Shown here in pieces: positions 1 to 8,644 of a stretch of DNA of 11,314 nt. The position numbers and the translations under genes were made by a program. Each line of letters begins with the position of its first letter. Positions within the stretch are counted from its first letter, which is position 1. The stretch lies in contig JBJCIZ010001309.1 of assembly GCA_051294375.1 (NCBI GenBank), positions 1 through 11,314 on the forward strand, read 5' to 3'. The DNA comes from Paraspadella gotoi. Taxonomy: Eukaryota > Animalia > Chaetognatha. The notes beneath the pieces are model-generated. The model saw only the letters and a list, made by a program, of their open reading frames with translations, searched no databases and was not told where the DNA came from.

Positions 1-110
1 TCGGAAAGAAGTCATGTCATTTACAAAAATAAATATTACTCTATCTTTAAAAATATTTATTAATCCTTGTTATTTCTTAAAAATTATTTTTATTATAATC
101 TTTTTTGTAG

Positions 111-291
111 AAATCCGAAGTTTGTGCCTCTGTATCTAATTTTGAATTTAATTGGCTGACTTTAGACATATTTGGAAGGACGTTCAGATTTTGGAACTCA
201 TTGGTACGTTTTACGACGAAGACGGAGATAAAAATAAAATTAAAAATATAAAAACGTGTAAAAACAGTTTAAAAACCCTCAATGGAGTTAA
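111..291 (+). CDS. Possible last two exons (111-203, 268-291) of an unidentified spliced gene entering from the left
   Basis: TTTTTTGTAG acceptor ends at 110 after an AT-rich tract. 111-203 is open in phase 0 (KSEVCASVSNFEFNWLTLDIFGRTFRFWNSL) and followed by GTACGT. An AAACAG acceptor at 267 gives FKNPQWS-stop. No homology recognised. Confidence 0.3.
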
Positions 292-891
292 AAGCATTGA
301 ACGTTTCAGAGGCAACTTTTCACTCCCACGATATTTCAATCATTACTAAAAAAAAATATGACAGATAATAATTTCCCCTTTTTCACCATTCTTCGTGACT
401 GAATCAATTGTAAACTTCTAATAATTTGGGCCGGTCTCGATCGCGATGTCATCCGCCGGTGACTCCCCGGACGTCAAACTTTCATTCCATGCGGAAATAC
501 GCATGTTGGCCGCCGCCAGCCAAACTTGGACGCAAAAAATAACAAAATATGACGGCATTCCCTTGAACAACCATACTACTCCGTCAAAACGAAGGCGGAG
601 TCAGAAATATTTTGATTATTTATCTCCATGCAGGTTTCTTTACTAAACTAGAGATGCGCGTGAGCGATTTTACGGAAGGATTCAAACTGATTCAAGATTA
701 TCATATTAACTTTTCTATTTCCCAAACTTACTTTTTTCTGGCGCCTTTATTTAAATAACATACTCTGGTAATCTGATTCTTACAATTAATATACATGTTC
801 CATAAAAAAAATTTTATTTGTATTTTATTTAACAACAATTGGTCAATAAATCATCACAATTAGTTATTATTAACAGATAAATCATGGAATA

Positions 892-2520
892 TTATTCAAA
901 AATAAAGTTGCCAATGCCACCGCTGTTGGGAAAAAACCCATCGCCAGCCCCGCCATTGCGTAGAGATACGCCGCCGCAGCTGTAAAGGTGGGATTCGTAG
1001 CAGCTGTTGTTGAGCAGAAATCCACACTCGCCGCTGTCGCCAACATTATGTTTGGATCCGCCACGCGATCTAGATTTTATAAAGGGAATATTTTGAGGAC
1101 AAAAATTGTGTAAAGCCATCATCTAAATGACCATTAAATACCAATAATCTTCTTCTCTCGTGCGTTCGGTAAAAAAAATTGTAAATTTCAAAATTGTGTC
1201 TAAAATATATTAATAATTATTATTGCAACTTATTAGGGTTAATAATTTAATAGATTTAAATACTTTTAATGATGACGGAAGCAATGGAACTCTTGGCTGC
1301 CTTCAACCCCTCCAACTTGCGCCACGCCTGAGTCATTTGGTTTGACGGAGCCACCCGGTTTGAAGGAGGAATATGGTATGACGAAGCAAAATAGTTTACC
1401 CACGCCAACATCCGTGAGCTCTGCTTGGTTGGCCCTACAAAAAATAATTATGCAAAATTATTTGTCTTTGACTTTCTCGGCTTCCTCATTATTCTTCTTC
1501 ATTTCATAACCGTTTTGAAGGTCATTACAAAAAAATAAAAAATGTTATGTATTACTGAATGTTAAATGCTGATGAAGGCTTGAAGTCAACAAGCCAAAAC
1601 ATATCCGTCTCTCAATAAAAATCGTAACAATTTCAAAAACACTTTGCTTTCTCTAGTAAAGTCATGTAGACATTTTTGGACAAAACGACTGAATAGTATC
1701 CCTCCACGAAAGAACAAATGCTAAAATGATCCCAAACTTTAAAATTGATAAATGCTTGATAATATAAAGTCCGAATTCAGATATCACAATTCAGAGACTT
1801 TGTTTTTAACAAACTCTTCAATACAATTACAATAATATTCAATTCAAGTTAATTAATTAATTAACGCTGACTAATTAATAAGTTAATTAAAAAAATTATT
1901 ACCTAATTACCCTAACCCTAAACCCTCTTAACCCTAACAGCCCTAACCCTAAACCACCCCTAAACCACTTAATTAATTAAAAAAATTATTACCTAATTAC
2001 CCTAACCCTAAACCCTCTTAACCCTAACAGCCCTAACCCTAAACCACCCCTAAACCACTTAATTAATTAATTTAGGGTTAAGGGTGGTTTAGGGGTGGTT
2101 TATGGTTAGTGCTGTTAGGGTTAAGAGGGTTTAGGGTTAGGGTAATTAGGTAATAATTTTTTTAATTAATTAACTTATTAATTAGTCGGCGTTAATTAAT
2201 TAATTAATTAATTAATTTAGGGTTAAGGGTGGTTTAGGGTTAGGGCTGTTAGGATTACGAGGGTTTAGGGTTAGGGTAATTAGGTATTAATTTTTTTAAT
2301 TGTTTTTTTTAAAAATAAGTATTTTTAAATGATTTTTCAATAGACATAGAAACCCTGGTCGATGAAAGTAAAATTTTACCTTATATTCTATTAACGTAAC
2401 TAAAAATGAAATTGAGATAAATAGGACAAAAAAATATTACTTACTGTTTCAGTGCTGTCCTCCTCTTCGTTATGGTGATGTAATAATGAAACGCGAAGAA
2501 TGATTTAAATGATGCAAAAC
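892..2520 (-). other. Fragments of an unidentified intron-rich gene or pseudogene on the minus strand
   Basis: Minus-strand splice signals: GTAAGT donor at 2444 with a 45-nt intron ending TTTTTAG at 2400; 20-nt micro-exon 2380-2399 followed by GTAAAA; TTTTTTGTAG acceptor at 1435 before GC-richer open exon 1264-1434; GTATTT..TTTTAG intron 1263-1200; exon 1142-1199; GTATTT..TCTAG intron 1141-1070; GC-rich block 892-1069. I could not assemble a clean start-to-stop CDS. Confidence 0.35.
1849..2301. repeat. Telomere-like fold-back array: four ~90-bp CCCTAA/CCCTAAA-rich units, two forward then two inverted, separated by (TTAA)n
   Basis: 1883-1980 is identical to 1973-2070 (period 90). 1849-1968 is the reverse complement of 2084-2207 except for 3 substitutions and one extra TTAA. 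2216-2301 is a more diverged fourth copy. Units mix TTAGGG and TTTAGGG. Confidence 0.95.
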
Positions 2521-4011
2521 GAAAGCAAGAATAAATAAATAAATCAATACAAAATAATTATAATAGATAATAATTCTTGGCATTTCGAGCGCTGAATGAG
2601 TTAGGCAACCGACGTTACTATAGAAACACAGAGGGATGCTGACCCGATCGCTGTCGCGCAGATGATATGCTCGAGCGATTCATTCAGCAAAGATGCGCGA
2701 GCCCACAGGCCATGACATGCGAGGCTTCGAGGCCATAGAGCACTGTCGATGAAGCAAAGAAACTAATACGCGTCCAGGCAAATTCAATACGGCGCGTATG
2801 ACGAGCATAAACAAAGAAGTGTGTAAGGGGATTTATGCGAAGGAAAAATATGATTGGATTTTACTCGCTTTGGATATTTTAGATAGTTAAATTATTCAAG
2901 ATTTTTTTTAGTTCGAAGAGGCGCTCGCGACCCAAAAGGAAATTCAAGCAACACTGCATGGCTAAAATGCAGAATAAAATTAGAAGATCGCCTGCTATCT
3001 CATAGGGCAGCGAGAGACTATAAAATACGACTAAAAACTAGTTTACTTTTGATTGCTCAATAAGGCAAGCAAGCTTTGCAAGAAAGTTAATAGATGTGTC
3101 ATGACATCGAATTGGAAGCAAAGACAGTTGTCTATCATTATCTTAGGCAATAATTACCTTTTGTTTTAATTATGAGATACGACAGTTAGGGAAATGAAAA
3201 GACATTAGAAAAAAAGGCAGCAAACCAGTCCTGCTTTAATTGCAGCTTTAAATATTGAATGAGTCAAAATCTTCTCGGGCGCTCCCGCCCCAGTGTTGGT
3301 CTGGTCGCGCAAGTACCCTACGGCTTTCGAATTGCCGATATTGCGAACACTTTGTATTGGTCTTGACTATATACTTTTTGATGAATCTATTTTGTAAACG
3401 GAAATGGCGACCGAAAATGCGTGATTAATTCCCTCGAGCCGAACTCGTCTCCTTCGCACTTATATGCTTTCCTTCTTTCTTAGGTGATGTTCTTTTTTTC
3501 TCCGTTTTTTTTTATTCTCTTTTTTTAATTTTCTTTTCTTTTTTTCCTTCTTCTTGCCTTTTCTCATGTTCCTTTCTTGCAATCTGCGCTGACTTTCTGT
3601 TCGCTGTCACGTGACCGCAAAGAAAAGTTAATGGGATTTTTGTGTTTTTTTAATTTGCGTAATAGTAATGTCACAAACTTGCGGGCTTTTCGACTTTATA
3701 AACTTTATGAATAATAAATTGATTTCATACCATTGTCAAAACGTAAGAACGTCTTTTCTTTTTTCGCTTCAGCAACGTAACGCTCGCACTCATGATCCCT
3801 TCGCGGGCAGCACGGCGACCTCTCGTTCATCCCGCCGGAGTCTGTTTGTTCGGCGCTGCTCTGCCCGTCACCGCGATCATGTCGGCCCCCGTAATCCGCC
3901 TTCCTGCGCGCAACGAAAAGGGCCTTTTTTGGGCCCCCGTTTTCGAGGGAGATTTGCAGACTAAGACCAGTCATTCCAATCTGACGCGCGGGATTTGGGA
4001 CGTTGGGGTTT

Positions 4012-4043
4012 GCGGGAGAGGGAGAGGGGGAGAGAGAAGAGAG

Positions 4044-4074
<31 letters not shown>

Positions 4075-4133
4075 AGAGAGAGGAGAGAGAGAGAGGAGAG
4101 AGAGGAGAGGAGGAGAGAGAGAGACAGAAAGAG
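4012..4133 (+). repeat. Imperfect (GA)n polypurine tract
   Basis: About 120 nt of almost pure G/A with GAGA and GGA units. Confidence 0.95.
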
Positions 4134-4495
4134 AACATCGCCACTTTTTCTCTTAATTTTTTTTTAGCTTTCGAAACGCAATTTATTTTTCAAATACTTT
4201 TTTTCCTAAACTTGTACGTTCAGAACTGAAATCGAAACCAAAAGAAAGTCGCAGCGCGCACCTGTCCGTCCTTCCCCATATTCTGCCTCCGTCCCCCAAC
4301 CCTCGCACCCCCCACCACCCAACAAACGCTCGACCCCGAGTGAAATGGACGAACAAAGACCAATTGTGGGACAAAGTCTGGAATTTCTTTCGATCAGAGA
4401 GACTTTGGAACCATTTCTGGTCGCTTCGGTCATTCGCGCTTCCGACAGATACCTCTCGGTCTGATCTCCATTTCTAAATCACGCTCGTGGGCGTG

Positions 4496-4650
4496 AAAAG
4501 GAGGGGGAGAAGGAAGGAAGGGGGAAGAAGGGAAGGAGAGGGAAAGAGGAAAGAAAAGGGAGGGAAGAAAGGTTGATACAAGAGAAGCTAAGAGGGGGGA
4601 AAAGGAGAGGCGTGAGTAACGAAGGAGGAAGGAAAGATAAAAGAAAAAAT
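4496..4650 (+). repeat. G-rich polypurine low-complexity tract
   Basis: GGAA/GGGA/GAAG units seen directly. Confidence 0.85.
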
Positions 4651-5789
4651 TGAAAGAGGTTTTTTCGTCAGATTGGCTTTTTGTCCTTTTACACAGGGCG
4701 GAGGTAACAAAATTATCTTTCAACGTCTTGTTATTTTATTGTCAAATCCCGTCTTTTTTCTGTCCGCGCCCAAAAATTAATTAATTAATTAAAAAATATT
4801 TTAAATTAAAGGAAAGATTCGTGACGCAGTTTTTTTTTTTTCAGACGAGAGAGTCAATTCCCCTCGCCGAAAGCTTCCTTCTTTGTTTGAAAAGACAAAG
4901 GATGGGCAAAAGATGGTAGAAGGATGGCGCAGCAAGAGGATGGCAGATGAATAGGCACGCCGAGTTCGATCTAAACGAACCTCTTTAGCGATCGTTTGCT
5001 TTTTCGCGCCGTTCGTTCATTCGCTCAACTTTAGTTTTGAAATTCCTTTCCCCTGTTCTCCGCTCTTTCCTCCATCCTCCTTCTCCCTCTTCCTTCGTCT
5101 CCTCATAGTCTCCTTTTCCTAATGAATGTTTTTCCTCCATTTTGAGAAAGTAGAACTGCAGTTTTTGCTAATGGGCTGCGCTATTCAAGTGCGTTATCTC
5201 TCTGCTCTGCTCTCCGCTCTCGTCAGTGCTCCTCATCTCCTCGTCGTCCGTCTCTCTTCGTTCCTGCTCTCTGTCTCTCTCTCAGCGTGTCTCTCTCTGC
5301 TCTTCGTTTTTTGAAAGAGAAGTCCCTGGGAAAAATTAAGAGAAAACATTAGAGATTCTAATTTGTTTTTCTCGCGTCCTTTTGGCTTTGAAGGATGTGG
5401 TCTTGCATTGTGTGTTTGAAAAAGGGAAGAAAGAAAAGAAACAAGGTTGCTTGTCCGCGGGAGGAAAACAGAGAGAGAAGGGAGCGGGAGACGAAAGAAA
5501 AAAGGAAAAAAAGAAAGGAGAAAAGAAAGGAGAAAAGGAGTTCCGTAGTTTTTTTTTTCCTTTTCCGTTTTCCTCGCACGGCCGAAGCCAATAAATTAGA
5601 TGAGAAATTTTTTCACCTCATCCTCCCTTTTTTTTTTCTCATCGCTCCTCCTACTTCTCCTCCTCCTCCCTCTCTTGTCGTCTTCATTCCTGTGCTCGGC
5701 TTGTTTGTCTACACGATTTTCAATTTTGCATAAAATTTCTAATTGTCGTATTCGGGGGTCGTGCGGCTTTTGCGTCTCTCGCTGCTCAC

Positions 5790-6065
5790 TTTCCTTTCTT
5801 TGCTTTCTTTATCCTTTCTTTCTTTCTGGTTTTTTCTGTCTTTATCTGTCTTTCCTGTTTCTTTCTGGTTTTTTTTAGAAAGATATATTGTTTTTTTTTT
5901 CTTTCTTTTTTTCTTTTTGTTTCTTTTCTTCTGTCCGCACTATCTTTCATCTCTCTATGCTCTCTTCTCTCTCGTCTCTCTCTCTCTTCTCGTCGTCTCT
6001 CTCGTCTCTCTCTCTCTCTCTTCTCGTCTCTCTCTCTGCTCTCTCTCTCTCTTCTTCCCTCCCGC
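5790..6065 (+). repeat. Polypyrimidine tract: T-rich part followed by imperfect (CT)n with recurring CGT interruptions
   Basis: Seen directly; the CTCGTCTC motif recurs in 5970-6030. Confidence 0.9.
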
Positions 6066-7014
6066 CGCTCGAGTCCCCATTTGGCTGGCGCCGCTTCTTT
6101 TAAGCTGCCTCTCGCGTCGCTTTTCTTCCTCCCTCCCAAAAGAGGAAAAGGGTCTTTTTTAATTTTGCCCGGCTCTGCGCAAGAATGAGGTTGGCAATCA
6201 TGTGCCTTTTTTTTGTGCTGCTTCAACTCCAAATTATTCTGTCGTAGTCTTCGCTTTCTGCAGTGAAGATAGTTTTCATTTTTCGTTTCGTGCTCGTTCA
6301 ATTTTCAATTTATGAATGTTTTTAAATTAAACATATTTTTGAATGCTATTTTATCTTGCTTCGTGGGTGGTGGTGTTCCTGGCGTTTCAGTGACTAGTTG
6401 GTTTGTTTGTTTTTTTTTTTTGCTTTTTTAAGATTGTCAACACAGCGGTCCCTAATGTTACCGATTGAAAGCGAGAGTACACATCCGATTTTTTTTTTCC
6501 CAGTGCTTTGCAACGCGAATCCTTTTCAACTGTTCCCGGTTTGATTTTTTTTTTTCCCAAAAGTTTTAAAAAAGGAGATGGAATTCCGAACCTTGTGGAA
6601 CACATCATTTACTTTCCCGGTAGATCGGGACGCGAAAAGGGGGGCGCGCGTCACGAGCATAATGACGCCTCGCTTGAGTGTCCTCGCTCTCGCACCTGCG
6701 CTCTTCCGCATCCTCGCCGGTTTCCATACATTTCCTTTTCAAATTCGCAAGAGGGGGAAAAACGAGACTACATTCATGTCTCGAAATGTCACAAAGTCAC
6801 TTCCGCGTATTTTTTTTTTTTCTTCTCCGGGGAGCATTTAAGAAAGTAAGACGCGATTGTGGTGAACTTTGGCCGAAAATGGTAAGTTTATCAATGAGCG
6901 TGTGAATATATATCTGTAAAGGATAGAAGAGTATTTCAAACCGGAAATACAACGATTTATTAGCTGTGTGGAGCCGATTCAAGGTTCTATGATAAATTAC
7001 AGCGTCAATTTCAA

Positions 7015-7021
7015 GAGGAGT

Positions 7022-7080
<59 letters not shown>

Positions 7081-7102
7081 AGAGAGGAGGAGGAGGAGAG
7101 AG
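7015..7102 (+). repeat. (AG)n microsatellite with (GGA)n tail
   Basis: Long perfect AG run at about 7035-7072, then GGA repeats. Confidence 0.95.
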
Positions 7103-7452
7103 GGCGCACTCTGCTAAGATCCCCGACCAAACGGTTTTAATCATCGCCCGCGCGCGCGCACTCAATTTGTCCGCCGATCTTGGCCCCATGACTTTAATCT
7201 CATTTTGGCATATTTCGTGTCACGTCTCTTTTCCTGACTCCTGAAACGTTCGTTGCTCGTTCTTCTTTCTTTTTTTTTTATTTGGATTTTTTTCGATCTC
7301 CCATTGTTCCTTTTTCTTTTTTTTCTATCAGAACGGTTGTTGCTCCCCGCAGACCGTCCCCCTCCCAGTCTTGTTCTTAACTTTTTCATGATCTTGATTT
7401 TTATTTCACGTTTTTATTCTTCTCATCCTCGCTCTGCCACAGCTCTCGGTCG

Positions 7453-7578
7453 TTTTTCATCTTTTTCTTCGATCTCTTTTTTTTTCCTCCTCCTTCATCT
7501 CTCCCTGCCTTTTTCTTTCTCTCCTTCTCTCTCTCTCTCTCTAGCTCTCCCTCCTCATTTCTGTTTCTCCCCTTTCGC
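7453..7578 (+). repeat. Polypyrimidine / (CT)n tract
   Basis: Seen directly. Confidence 0.9.
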
Positions 7579-8547
7579 ATTCGCGAATGAATGATAGAAA
7601 TTCGGACGACGGGGCTCTCCTCCGGCCGTGAAATGACAATAGGCGCGTTAACTAACACCCCTGAATTGGAGAAGAGGCGAGATAATTTTTTATAAGGAAC
7701 AGTGTCGTAAACTTGTTATAGATAATTCGACGCGTAGGGTTCTAATCCCTGACCTCTCTCGTCAGTCCCTCTCTGCTCCCTCTTTCTCCTGCCCTCGTCT
7801 CGTCTCTCTCTCTCTCTCTCTCTGGTCTCGCCGCCGGGCTCTCGGCGTCTCCCTGTCTGATCGCCTCGTGCCTGCGGTCCGATCGCTCTCCGTCGTCCGC
7901 GCCAGAGAGTCAGTGATAAAGAGTAAAAGCGGGGAAGATCGTTGAGGTGGTCAAATTGTCATAACGCAGTGGCGAGAACCATTGTGATGCACTCGGCTTG
8001 TTAGAAAATAGAAATTTGTTCGTGTGGTGGGTATGTCGGTATGGTCATGCTGCCTGCTGTAAGCCTATTTTTATTGAGCGGATGGGGCGCGGGGAGGAAT
8101 TACAATAAATGATAATGTTTGTTTTTGAATGAGTTAGTATACAGAAATTGAATAGGTCATGATGAGAATTGTGTCGAAATGACGGAAAGGTTAATTACAC
8201 TTCGTTACACTGGGTCTGTTTGCTTCCTGTTTTCCCCTTGTTTCGTCTCAATCTTATTGTCGCGCTCCCTGGCGTTTGCATGTTTTTTTCGGCGGTTTCG
8301 AACGCCCCCGAGTGTGGGTTTTCCCGCCGTCGAGACGGTCAAGCGTCTGTTTCAGATCATAAATGAATCTGCCCTGCCAGACGGAAGAGCCGATTCCCTT
8401 GTCCCGCACCTGCCCGGCCACTCCACCGGAACTGTGCTCCTGCTTCCTCTCTGCTGCTCTTGCCTTCTCAAAGAGGACTTTCGACTGGGCGAATATCGGC
8501 GAACATGACGAGAGGATGCAGGCGGTTCGTGCCAGTGGCCGGTTGCA

Positions 8548-8644
8548 AAGGAGGAGAGAGAGAGAAGGAGAGAGAGAGAAGAGGGGAGAAAGAGAGAGAG
8601 AGGAGCAGATGGAGAAGAGGAGAGGAGTAGAGAGAGAAGGGGAA
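8548..8644 (+). repeat. Imperfect (GA)n polypurine tract
   Basis: Seen directly. Confidence 0.9.

Noticed and set aside
446-646. 66-aa ORF and weak inverted similarity to 1340-1415 (18 of 22 nt)
   Set aside because: No recognisable product; the similarity is too short to call a duplication.
1269-1331. C/D box snoRNA (ATGATGA 1269-1275, CTGA 1328-1331)
   Set aside because: No terminal stem, no clear internal C'/D' boxes, no rRNA target I can recognise, and it overlaps a better-supported minus-strand exon.
1269-1440. Ubiquitin-conjugating (E2) enzyme fragment suggested by 'NLRH..V....G.TRFEGGIW' on the + strand
   Set aside because: Two in-frame stops, and the YP..PP and HPN motifs are absent.
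1849-2301. Telomere-telomere fusion scar or true chromosome end
   Set aside because: A fusion reads TTAGGG...CCCTAA; this reads the opposite way, is internal, and consists of copied 90-bp mosaics.
4665-7765. Three minus-strand CTGACGA hammerhead cores (near 4665, 5220, 7759)
   Set aside because: None is followed by a stem II and GAAA.
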